The notes: a model not told the origin generated them from the letters alone. Counted from the stretch's first letter, positions 23,595-32,000 are shown. The stretch: 32,000 bases of DNA from Erysipelotrichaceae bacterium (GCA_963676105.1 OY781039.1:1020001-1052000); one strand, 5' to 3'. A program made the numbers and translations.

Positions 23595-23694
23595 AAAATA
23601 ATCTCCTTTCGTGAATATTTCACATTTATATATGTGCCTTGATTGTCTATTTCCTTTCCCGTTTAAGAAATAGCTTAATCAATTGAGGCCAAAA

Positions 23695-24663
23695 TTATTT
23701 GTCCGCTTCAAAGCGAACGTTTGCATCAAGTCTCACTTTTGTGAGTAGCTCCATGCTGTTTTGTGTGATGTCCAAATGGTTGCACATCGCATCATAATCT
23801 TTGTTCTTAAACATCATTTCAAAGGCTTGAATTTCATAGAATAAACGATTCTCTTGTTCTTGAACATTGAATCTCTCACCATCGATATCAAATGAGCTTA
23901 AGCCATTGATACCTTGGTTAAATTCGATCATGCCTTTTTCACCATGGAAGATTCCAAATGGCTTACCTTTTGCATTCTTGGCTGCTATTGCACTGACTTT
24001 AAATTCGTCATAATCCATCATCAATAAACCTGCAACATCTATACCGTTATCAGCTAATTCTGGTAGATATGTCATGCTCTTTGGTTGCCCAAATAAATTC
24101 AAAATAAATTGCATATGATAGATGTTTAAATCCATTAGTGCGCCACCCGAGAACGCAGGGTTGAATACGTTAGGTACTTCCCCACGTTTGAAAGCATCGT
24201 ATTTGCTCGAGTATTGACACATGGATAGTTCTACCCACTTTAGTGGGCCTATTGTATCTAACTTAGATTTCACCAAATCTAAGTTAGGCATATAGTTAAT
24301 TGACATGGCTTCGAAGAGGTATAAACCTTTCTCTTTTGCCAAATTGATGAGTTCTAAAGATTCTTTATCTGTTGAACAGAATGGTTTCTCTAAAACAACA
24401 TTTTTATTCGCATTCAAACAATCTTTTGCTTGTTGATAGTGAAGACTATTAGGAGATGCGATATATATGGTATCGAAGCTTGATGCATTTAAGAATGTTT
24501 CATAATCGTCATAAGCTTCTTTCATATTGAACTTTTCTTTTAAAGATTCAGCTTTATCTAGTGTTCTTGAATAGGAAGCAATTAATTCAACATCATCAAC
24601 TTTTGATGCTGCATCTAAGAATTGAAGAACAATAAAGCCACTGCCTATCGTTCCAAGTTTCAT
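23695..24663 (-). CDS. Gfo/Idh/MocA-family oxidoreductase
   Basis: MKLGTIGSGFI Rossmann start and LEKP motif. Confidence 0.85.
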   Translation of the reverse strand: MKLGTIGSGFIVLQFLDAASKVDDVELIASYSRTLDKAESLKEKFNMKEAYDDYETFLNASSFDTIYIASPNSLHYQQAKDCLNANKNVVLEKPFCSTDKESLELINLAKEKGLYLFEAMSINYMPNLDLVKSKLDTIGPLKWVELSMCQYSSKYDAFKRGEVPNVFNPAFSGGALMDLNIYHMQFILNLFGQPKSMTYLPELADNGIDVAGLLMMDYDEFKVSAIAAKNAKGKPFGIFHGEKGMIEFNQGINGLSSFDIDGERFNVQEQENRLFYEIQAFEMMFKNKDYDAMCNHLDITQNSMELLTKVRLDANVRFEADK

Positions 24664-25685
24664 TGATTTAAGCTCGCTTCTGCTTCTTCAACAATCTTTA
24701 ATACAAGTTTTATTTGATCATGTGTAACGAGTAATTCACCATCACCATTGATGACTGAATCAAGATTGTCATAGATTTTTCCATATTCAGATACTTCTGA
24801 TTGAACATGTGTATCGACATCTTTGCCTTCTGCATCTAAGTAATTAAGGTGGCCCCAATTACTTTCTGGTTCAGGATCAAAACTAACAATCACTGGCTCA
24901 GTTCGATTCGAACTTAAATGACCTTGAGAGTTTTTAATAAAACTACCTTTTTTACCATGAACAATAAATTTTGGGAAATCGATTTTAGCGCATAAGCTAG
25001 TTTTAACTGTAAATTTCATTCGTCCGTAATAGAAATCGATATCGATATTATCATCAGTATCTTCTGAATTTACAGAACGTACATCGTATCTAATTTTGTC
25101 AGGTTCTCCAAAAAGATAAATCATTTGATCAATTGGATGAATGGCTAATCCAGAAACCATAGTCATTCCCTTCGGTGCATCTGCTGCACGTTTTGGAGGA
25201 TTAGGTCTAAAATAGTGATAATGTGATTGGATTTCTACAACCTCACCTAAAACATCAGAATCTAACACTTTCTTCAAAGTTTGCATATCTGCATCAAATC
25301 TTCGATTATTATTACAAGAAATGGTTAATCCATTTTTGTCTGCTAAATCAAAAAGTTCTTGTGCTTCTTCAACAGTGTTTGTAAATGGTTTTTCAACCAA
25401 TACGTTCTTACCTGCTTTTAGAGCTTGCTTAGCATATTGATAATGCACATCTACATGTGTATTAATAGATATTAAATTTACTTCAGGATCGTTCAATACT
25501 TCTTCAAAATCAGTCGTAAATTTTAAGTCTGGATAGAGTTTCTCTCGATCCATTTCCCCCGGTAATAAACGATCTTGTTCACGACGATAGATCCACTTCA
25601 CGTTTACATTTTTGTTGTCTTTAATAAAAGGTAGGTGGTAACGAACAACACTATTACCAAATCCGACATAAGCAACTGTTAACAT
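24660..25685 (-). CDS. Gfo/Idh/MocA-family oxidoreductase
   Basis: VAYVGFGNS Rossmann start and VEKP motif. ATGA overlap with the downstream paralogue. Confidence 0.85.
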   Translation of the reverse strand: MLTVAYVGFGNSVVRYHLPFIKDNKNVNVKWIYRREQDRLLPGEMDREKLYPDLKFTTDFEEVLNDPEVNLISINTHVDVHYQYAKQALKAGKNVLVEKPFTNTVEEAQELFDLADKNGLTISCNNNRRFDADMQTLKKVLDSDVLGEVVEIQSHYHYFRPNPPKRAADAPKGMTMVSGLAIHPIDQMIYLFGEPDKIRYDVRSVNSEDTDDNIDIDFYYGRMKFTVKTSLCAKIDFPKFIVHGKKGSFIKNSQGHLSSNRTEPVIVSFDPEPESNWGHLNYLDAEGKDVDTHVQSEVSEYGKIYDNLDSVINGDGELLVTHDQIKLVLKIVEEAEASLNQ

Positions 25686-25750
25686 ATTTAGTTCCCCTTC
25701 TTTCTACACAAGCAAAATACCAAGTTAGTATGAAAGCGGATACTTTTTAA

Positions 25751-25759
25751 TGCTATAAT
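25751..25759 (+). promoter_or_regulatory. Extended -10 promoter (TGCTATAAT) of the RpiR gene
   Basis: TGnTATAAT match about 80 nt upstream of the 25840 start. It lies in the divergent intergenic region. Confidence 0.4.
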
Positions 25760-25839
25760 GAAATCAAATTACAATATTATTTCACAAGTAGTTTATTTTA
25801 TGAAATTTGATTACACAAACAGAAGAGGAATACACACAT

Positions 25840-26631
25840 ATGATTAAACGTAGACTATTGGAAACAGAACACTTATCAGCAAGTGATAAAGCGATATCTC
25901 AATATATATTGGATCACCCTGATAGTGTGCTTCATATGAATGCGAAAACATTGGCTGAAAATTGTTTTACATCTTCACCAACGATTATTCGCTTCTGTAA
26001 AAAATTAGGCTTCAGTGGTTTTCCAGAATTTAGATATCAATATATAGAGGAATATCATTCTTTACCAAAAGAAAAAGAAGAGATTACTTTATCCTCTTCT
26101 TTAAATGATGTTTTAAGATTATTACCACAAAGATATGAAATGGTTGCGAAGAATAGTGCTGATCGAATAAACACTAAAGAATTTGCTTATATTGTTTCAG
26201 AATTTAGAAAAGCAGATAACATCGATTTTTATGCGACAGGCATAAATATGGGAATATGCCAAGCAGCTTGTGTGCGTTTTGCGAATGTTGGTTATCATGC
26301 GCAAGTTCAACTAGGAATCAACAAACACTATATACTTCAACAGACAGCTCAACAAAGAGAAAAGACCTTATCCTTTATAATTTCTCACACCGGTACTAAT
26401 GAAACAGTTTTAGAGGTGGCACGCTACCTCAAAGAACAACATATGAAACTTGTTCATTTAGGAAGAAATAATAATGAACTCTACGATTTAGCCGATTTCC
26501 ATATTCTTTGGGATAATGATCGATATGATCAGCGATATGATAATTTATCTTATCCTTTATCATTGATGTTTATCTTAGACACATTATATTTAGAACTCAC
26601 TAATATTAAAAAATATAATGATCCTGTATAA
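25840..26631 (+). CDS. MurR/RpiR-family transcriptional regulator (HTH_6 + SIS domain)
   Basis: The N-terminal LSASDKAISQYILDHPDSVLHMNAKTLAENCFTSSPTIIRFCKKLGFSGF matches the RpiR HTH. A SIS-like C-terminal half follows. ATG 25840 is preceded by GAGGAA. The TTG at 25807 is less likely. Confidence 0.85.
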   Translation: MIKRRLLETEHLSASDKAISQYILDHPDSVLHMNAKTLAENCFTSSPTIIRFCKKLGFSGFPEFRYQYIEEYHSLPKEKEEITLSSSLNDVLRLLPQRYEMVAKNSADRINTKEFAYIVSEFRKADNIDFYATGINMGICQAACVRFANVGYHAQVQLGINKHYILQQTAQQREKTLSFIISHTGTNETVLEVARYLKEQHMKLVHLGRNNNELYDLADFHILWDNDRYDQRYDNLSYPLSLMFILDTLYLELTNIKKYNDPV

Positions 26632-26704
26632 GATGAGATTATAAAGTCTATCTAAGCTTTGCATTTAAAACGATTGCTTGCTAGTCAGTGTTCTTTTAAA
26701 TTAT

Positions 26705-26947
26705 TCACATAAATTTTCCATCTTCAACCACTCGGAATGCGATTAATCTTCCAAAAGATGTTGCCTTAATAAGATCTTTTGCGATTTTAACCACATCGTC
26801 ACCATCATTATAATTTTCTACTTCAAATTGAATGCTTCCTTTAAAATCATTGGGATGACCTACATATTTATAAGTAGGTTTTTCATTTCCTTCTAACAAT
26901 TTAATAATATCTTCTTGTCTATTCCCTGAATCTACATTTATTTTCAT
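26705..26947 (-). CDS. Hypothetical small protein (80 aa)
   Basis: Good RBS (AGGAGC, 6 nt before the ATG). No family recognised. No signal peptide or TM segment. Confidence 0.5.
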   Translation of the reverse strand: MKINVDSGNRQEDIIKLLEGNEKPTYKYVGHPNDFKGSIQFEVENYNDGDDVVKIAKDLIKATSFGRLIAFRVVEDGKFM

Positions 26948-27124
26948 ATCTTAGCTCCTAATCTGTCTAATTAACAATTATTAAAAACATAACAATTTAT
27001 CTTTTAAACAGTTATATTATTAATTTCAATTGAAAGTAAATTACATATTTTCTATAAAAAAATAGTCGTTTTATGTAATCCAGTTTCATTGATTATTAAA
27101 GAAAATCTTTGTTTACAAATTTAA

Positions 27125-27150
27125 AAGTCGTTTGAATTAACAAACGACTT
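27125..27150 (-). terminator. Rho-independent terminator of the flavodiiron fusion gene
   Basis: AAGTCGTTTG (27125-27134) / CAAACGACTT (27141-27150), perfect 10-bp stem with A/T-rich flanks. Confidence 0.6.
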
Positions 27151-27155
27151 AATTT

Positions 27156-29687
27156 TTAAAATACTTTTTTAATGAACTTTTGAAGTTCTACACCTTTCGC
27201 AATACCTTCAATTAGTTGAATCGATTTATGCATTCCATAGAGTAATACACCACCTACTAAGATGTTTTCTACAAAGAAGTAACGAGATATTTGTTTTGTT
27301 TCAGCATCCACCTTCTCTAGTATTGTGTATTGTTTATCAGCATTTTTACCTGTATCACCTAAGGCAAAGAGTTCAGTATCAAGTGCATGCATACTTACAG
27401 CTGGTGCCGCTTGTACATAATTCAAATCATCACCTGCTGCATTTGCCCCAGCGACACGACCTTGATCAACAGCTTGTGGCCAAATAGCGTAATTTATATT
27501 AAACTCTGCACAATCACCAGCTGCATAAATACCTTCAACACTTGTTTGCATTTTTTCATCAACGACAATACCACGATTAATATTTAATCCCACTTGGTTA
27601 GCGAGTTCCGTATTAGCACGTACACCTGCAGATACAATGACTAAATCACCTTCTATAAATCGTCCATCCGCAAGTTGAATACCTTTTGCTATTGTTTCCC
27701 CAACAATTTCTTGTATTTGTACATTAGTGTCAACAATTAAACCTTTTTCTTCAACAATTTTTCTTAATCGCTCTGAAGTCAAATCATCCAATTGACGGGT
27801 CATTAATGCTGGTGCAAGTTCTAAGATATGAACTTCTTTATTAAGTAGTTTCATTTGCCATGCAGCTTCAAGTCCTAAGATACCTCCACCAATAACAATG
27901 ACTTTGTTTACTCGATCTAACATCGAAGTGATTTTAGAAACATCACTAACACCTCGAATTGCCACAACATTTTCTTTTTCCCAACCCTTAATCGGAGGAA
28001 TAAAGCATGTTGCACCTACAGATAAAATTAATTTGTCGTAAGTTAAATTTTCACCACTTAGTAAACTCAGTGTTTTATTATCTTTATTAATAGATGATAC
28101 AGTTTGTCCATCCTTATAAGTAATATTTAATTCATCAAACCAAGCTGGTTCTTTAATTAAGAAATCCTTTGAACCAAAATCAGCCTTAAAATCTTTTGTT
28201 AATTGTGGTCGATTGTATGGATAACCTTTTTCACTACCTATCATGATAATTTGAGCTGTTGTATTACGTGCACGAATCGCTTCCGCTGCATTTAGTGCAG
28301 CAGCACCAGCCCCTACAATCACAAATGTTTCCTTAGTATCATTTTGAATCGTGATTTCTTCATAAGGAATTTCAACAAATTGTTCTTCATCAGCGCCACA
28401 TACTGGACATAAATCAGGTCTGTTTTCAGAATAAATAACCTCACCACATAGAATACATTTCCATGCTCGAATACGACCTGACTTCATTGATTTAGCGAGT
28501 AATTGTGTCCCAAAGTTTAAACCAAAATCAAAACACTCTTTAAGTTTTGCTTCATCTGGATTAAAGCGAATCGATAATTCATCCACAACATCCATTCTCA
28601 GTTGTCTTAAACGTTCAGCTAAGTGAATAGGTCCTTCTCCACTCCAACCATATGATCCAAAAGCAGAAGCTAATTTATTACCATGGACAACTGGAAAAAG
28701 TAAACTTGTTAAGTCGTAGAGTGGCTTTAAAGCATCCCCTAAAATAGTTGGTGTACCAAGTAATATTCCATCCGCAAAGTAGATTTCAGAGGCAACCTCT
28801 GTAACGGCAGTACTAACTAAATCATATGCTTTTACGTCAATATCACCTGCCGCTTTGACACCTTCAATAATTGCTTGTGCCATTTTTTCTGTATAGCCAT
28901 AGGAAGATACATAAGGAACAACCACTGTTTTCTTTGTATTTGGATTATCAATCGTTGACCAAACACGATAAGTTTCAATAATCTCTTCAATTCGTGTATC
29001 CAAAACTGGACCATGACCTGTCCCAATCATATCAATCTCTATATCAGCTATTTTATCTAAGGCTTTCTGCATAAAATCAGGGAAAGGACCTAAAATCATA
29101 TCGTAATAATATTTTAAAGCTTTCTTATAGTCCTCATTATTAGAAACGTGTGAAAGTAAGACGTTCTCTTCACAGTAATGTGAACCAAAAGAATCACAAG
29201 TAAATAGGACTTTCATTTCTTCAATATAGGTATACATCGTATCTGGCCAATGAAGATTAGGTGCTTCAATAAATCGACAGGTTAAATTTCCTAAACTTAA
29301 TGTTTCACCATCTAAGGCTATGATTGATTTAAAGGGTTTATTAACAATATCAGCTAGAAATTCTAAGGCAACAGATGTACCAACAACTGTAATATTAGGA
29401 TTAATATCTAAGAGTTTTTCAATCGATCCAGCATGATCTGGTTCTGTATGATTCACAATAATATAATCAATATCTTCAACTTTAGTGACTTCTAATAGTT
29501 TTTCAATGTATTGATCATATGTTTTTAATTTAGCTGTTTCAATAAGAGCTGTTTTTTTAGATCCTTTTAAAACATAAGAGTTATAGGTGGTCCCAAACTC
29601 AGTCTCCATAATAATGTCAAACACACGTAAATCTGGATCAAGTGATCCAATCCAATATAAATTTTCTTTTAATTTTAATGAGGGCAT
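27156..29687 (-). CDS. Multidomain flavodiiron protein: metallo-beta-lactamase-like diiron + flavodoxin + rubredoxin + NAD(P)H:rubredoxin oxidoreductase
   Basis: NHTEPDHAG diiron motif. Flavodoxin-like KKTVVVPYVSSYGYTEK. Rubredoxin CILCG...CPVCG. Two dinucleotide folds (VIVGAGAAALNAA, VIVIGGGILGLEAA). ATG 29687 follows AAGGAGAAGTCT. Confidence 0.85.
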   Translation of the reverse strand: MPSLKLKENLYWIGSLDPDLRVFDIIMETEFGTTYNSYVLKGSKKTALIETAKLKTYDQYIEKLLEVTKVEDIDYIIVNHTEPDHAGSIEKLLDINPNITVVGTSVALEFLADIVNKPFKSIIALDGETLSLGNLTCRFIEAPNLHWPDTMYTYIEEMKVLFTCDSFGSHYCEENVLLSHVSNNEDYKKALKYYYDMILGPFPDFMQKALDKIADIEIDMIGTGHGPVLDTRIEEIIETYRVWSTIDNPNTKKTVVVPYVSSYGYTEKMAQAIIEGVKAAGDIDVKAYDLVSTAVTEVASEIYFADGILLGTPTILGDALKPLYDLTSLLFPVVHGNKLASAFGSYGWSGEGPIHLAERLRQLRMDVVDELSIRFNPDEAKLKECFDFGLNFGTQLLAKSMKSGRIRAWKCILCGEVIYSENRPDLCPVCGADEEQFVEIPYEEITIQNDTKETFVIVGAGAAALNAAEAIRARNTTAQIIMIGSEKGYPYNRPQLTKDFKADFGSKDFLIKEPAWFDELNITYKDGQTVSSINKDNKTLSLLSGENLTYDKLILSVGATCFIPPIKGWEKENVVAIRGVSDVSKITSMLDRVNKVIVIGGGILGLEAAWQMKLLNKEVHILELAPALMTRQLDDLTSERLRKIVEEKGLIVDTNVQIQEIVGETIAKGIQLADGRFIEGDLVIVSAGVRANTELANQVGLNINRGIVVDEKMQTSVEGIYAAGDCAEFNINYAIWPQAVDQGRVAGANAAGDDLNYVQAAPAVSMHALDTELFALGDTGKNADKQYTILEKVDAETKQISRYFFVENILVGGVLLYGMHKSIQLIEGIAKGVELQKFIKKVF

Positions 29688-29754
29688 AGACTTCTCCTTG
29701 CAACAGCAAACAGTATACACCTACTAAAGTGCTAGGTGGGAAAATACTATCTAT

Positions 29755-29783
29755 AAAAAACCATCAACATTTGGTGTTGATGG
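29755..29783 (-). terminator. Rho-independent terminator after the lipoprotein gene
   Basis: CCATCAACA (29761-29769) / TGTTGATGG (29775-29783), perfect 9-bp stem, followed by U6 on the minus strand. Confidence 0.65.
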
Positions 29784-29793
29784 TAACATAAAT

Positions 29794-31494
29794 CTATTCT
29801 TTCTGACTTTCTATGATGGGTTCGCTTATTTTATAAACACCTTTTTCAAGGCTTATTAGATATTTAGATTCTTGTATTTCTACAACTTCTTCACCGACTT
29901 GATACTTCGCATGAACTAAAGCCATTATGTTTCCATTTTCATCTGTAGTCATATTGACTTCTTCATAAGATTTTAATTTAGCATCTTTCGCGTTTTGAAC
30001 TTCTGCATAAGTATCCCAATCACTTACACGCTCATCTAATGGTGTTAGTAAATATGTATAGGACAAACGATTACGGATTTGCGCATCTAAGTAATGTCTT
30101 AGCGCATCTTCGGGTGTTCTTCCTAAATCATCAACTCCTTCGACTGCAGTATAGCGATTAAAGTCCTCTGTAAAGAATGTTTGAGGTAAGTATTTATTGG
30201 ATGACATCCAAATAATATATTCTTCTAAACCCACATCATAAGTTGCTTTGATTTGTGCTTGTATCGCATCTTCATCATATTCGATATAGCCTGGTACCCA
30301 TGATGCGGTAAAGCCTTGTAGCCATGGACGAATGCTTGCGCTATCTTCAATAGCCGCATTCTTTTCGAGTGCTTCTATGAGTGATTGTTTAACCACTTCA
30401 TATGGATGAGCATCAGGATAGGTAAACCCATAAAAACCTTCACCATAATGACTTGGATAAACCATTGGACAGATAACTTCCACTTGAGGTGCAATCTTTA
30501 ACCAAGTTTGACCTATATCTTCTGGTTGATCATTCCAAGAATAAGTAATAACCCCAAAAACATCGGCGGCTAAATTTACTTTATAAGGTTCTAGAGCTGC
30601 ATGTGCTTTCGCTAAGAATGCTTCAATGGCTTCATCTTTATCCTGTCCATCACGATATGGGAAAGTTGTAATTGGATTATAAGTGGCTGCACTATCAGGG
30701 AATCTGACATAGTCATATTGAATTTCATCAAAACCACGATAGGCTGCTTCTTGCGCTACCGCAATATTATAGTCCCAAACATACTCATCAAATGGATTAA
30801 CCCATGAAAAGCCAGAACGATCAGTATATACCCCTGAGCCATCTTTTAATTGAATCGCATGATCAGGATTATTTTCTGCAAAATAGGGATCTTTAAATGC
30901 GACAATTCTGGCAATAGTGTAAACATCATTGGCTTCTAAATAATCCATTAAGACATCAGGATTTGTCCAACGCGTGGACCAATTAGAACCCACTTCTTCA
31001 ACAATTTGCAAATCAGATGGCCAACCGATTAAGCCTGTATCATCTTTAATATCGATTACTAAACTATTAATCTCTGTTGCCTGTACAATACCTAATATTT
31101 CTTCTAAACGATTAACTTTTTCTAATCTCGAAAGATCAAAACTTTCACCATTATGCGTTTTTGTGATGTATTCTGCGTAGGTATTCACATCATCTTCATT
31201 AAAGCCTAAGCCAGCCACATTAAAGGTCATGTATAAAGCTTTAACGGTTTCAGTTTCCAAAATTACTTCATCTGAAGGAGATGGTAGTGGGACATAAAAA
31301 GCTTGAAGTTCTTCTTGTCTTAGCACTTCATTTGCTTCATATTCCGCTTGAAGTCTCGCGGCTTTTTCAGCTTCGCTTTCAACTTCTTCTTCAGGTTCAA
31401 GAATCACTTCATCTTCAATGGGATCCTCTTCAGCCTGCGTAGAACATCCTACAAGTAAAGTGATTAATAAAAGTGCTAATAGTTTAGTACGCAT
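29794..31494 (-). CDS. Lipoprotein with a putative glycoside-hydrolase-like TIM-barrel domain (DUF4015-like)
   Basis: Lipobox LLVGC at residues 14-17. A central region (LVIDIKDDTG...FDEIQYDYVRFP) resembles the DUF4015 putative glycosyl hydrolase family. Overlaps the upstream deacetylase gene by 11 nt. Confidence 0.6.
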   Translation of the reverse strand: MRTKLLALLLITLLVGCSTQAEEDPIEDEVILEPEEEVESEAEKAARLQAEYEANEVLRQEELQAFYVPLPSPSDEVILETETVKALYMTFNVAGLGFNEDDVNTYAEYITKTHNGESFDLSRLEKVNRLEEILGIVQATEINSLVIDIKDDTGLIGWPSDLQIVEEVGSNWSTRWTNPDVLMDYLEANDVYTIARIVAFKDPYFAENNPDHAIQLKDGSGVYTDRSGFSWVNPFDEYVWDYNIAVAQEAAYRGFDEIQYDYVRFPDSAATYNPITTFPYRDGQDKDEAIEAFLAKAHAALEPYKVNLAADVFGVITYSWNDQPEDIGQTWLKIAPQVEVICPMVYPSHYGEGFYGFTYPDAHPYEVVKQSLIEALEKNAAIEDSASIRPWLQGFTASWVPGYIEYDEDAIQAQIKATYDVGLEEYIIWMSSNKYLPQTFFTEDFNRYTAVEGVDDLGRTPEDALRHYLDAQIRNRLSYTYLLTPLDERVSDWDTYAEVQNAKDAKLKSYEEVNMTTDENGNIMALVHAKYQVGEEVVEIQESKYLISLEKGVYKISEPIIESQKE

Positions 31495-32000
31495 AAATTT
31501 CCTTATCTAAATCAGTGTTTAATTGATTACTATCTTCTTCTAGAATCGTAATAATATCAGGATTCCCATCAGATATAAACTTAAGTTCTGGACGCTCATC
31601 ATATCTATTTAGATAATCATAGAGTCCAACACCATCTGTATTCATTTCTGAGGCGCGAACACGCGGTGTATATAAGGCATTAAAACTAGTATCATACGGT
31701 GACACTGAAGGGTTTGATCCCACTCTTAATAGAGTGATGTTTTCATAGGGTACTCCCTTATATTCGCCCCTTACCATATAATTCATCAGCGATTCATCAG
31801 GACGCGATCCATAAACAAGAGCCATTGTATTTACGGTGTAATCAGTATGTAAATAACTTTCAATGGTTTGTGCCATTTTACCGATTTCAAATTGAATCGT
31901 ATCAGCATCATTAATGTCTTTAAAGTTTGGATGAGAGACTGTATGATTCCCTAAATCCATACCTAAATCAATAACCATATTCAACTTTTCTTCAATGTAT
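31484..32000 (-). CDS. Polysaccharide deacetylase (NodB-homology) C-terminal part; 5' end outside window
   Basis: The frame is open to the window edge (...YIEEKLNMVIDLG...). DLGNHTVSHP is the NodB His-His metal motif. Confidence 0.7.
   Translation of the reverse strand, partial: YIEEKLNMVIDLGMDLGNHTVSHPNFKDINDADTIQFEIGKMAQTIESYLHTDYTVNTMALVYGSRPDESLMNYMVRGEYKGVPYENITLLRVGSNPSVSPYDTSFNALYTPRVRASEMNTDGVGLYDYLNRYDERPELKFISDGNPDIITILEEDSNQLNTDLDKEIYAY

Noticed and set aside
23609-23625. The palindrome upstream of the EIIC gene interpreted as a CcpA cre site or a CRP/FNR-type box.
   Set aside because: It lacks the central CG of the cre consensus. The spacing (TGTGA-N5-TCACG) does not fit TGTGA-N6-TCACA. 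It is kept only as an unassigned operator candidate.
1-32000. Searched for CRISPR arrays, tRNA/rRNA genes, long tandem repeats and prophage or integrase genes other than the IS110 element.
   Set aside because: No regularly spaced repeats, and no non-coding gap long enough for an rRNA. The gaps above 100 nt are accounted for by the IS ends, the T-box leader, the ATPase leader and promoter regions. No cloverleaf-like sequence was noticed. This was checked by eye only.

Overview
Low-GC, Bacillota-type chromosomal window using genetic code 11 (TGA is a stop in four ATGA/GTGA gene overlaps). It is densely coding, mostly on the minus strand. Left to right: a fructose-type PTS EIIB (5' end off-window) and EIIC; a hexapeptide-repeat (gamma-carbonic-anhydrase-like) gene; two tandem GntR/HutC regulators; a membrane di-histidine (cytochrome-b-like) / FMN-binding fusion protein; a hypothetical membrane-anchored protein. 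Next comes an IS110-family insertion sequence whose non-coding left end looks like a bridge RNA. Then a T-box(Asn)-controlled asnB-aminotransferase operon; an MFS transporter; a SatD-like protein plus a small membrane protein on an AT-rich islet; and a split chromate-transporter pair. A P-type cation ATPase follows, preceded by a riboswitch-like leader that resembles yybP-ykoY (Mn2+). After it lie a MacAB-like membrane-fusion/ABC/FtsX-permease efflux operon and a PAP2 phosphatase. A divergently RpiR-regulated sugar locus has an orphan cellobiose-family PTS EIIC, three Gfo/Idh/MocA oxidoreductases and a VOC protein. The window ends with an orphan 80-aa protein, a multidomain flavodiiron-rubredoxin-NADH:rubredoxin oxidoreductase fusion, and a DUF4015-like lipoprotein overlapping a polysaccharide deacetylase (5' end off-window). 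I saw no rRNA, tRNA or CRISPR array. The best leads are: (1) the IS110 left end, with guide-like matches to its own insertion site; (2) the IS apparently separating a gene from its Shine-Dalgarno sequence; (3) the SatD-like cyclase-palm/HTH protein with its membrane partner; (4) the glycosidase-less, kinase-less oxidoreductase sugar locus; (5) the conditional terminator leader upstream of the P-type ATPase. All functional calls come from motif recognition by eye. No database search was run.
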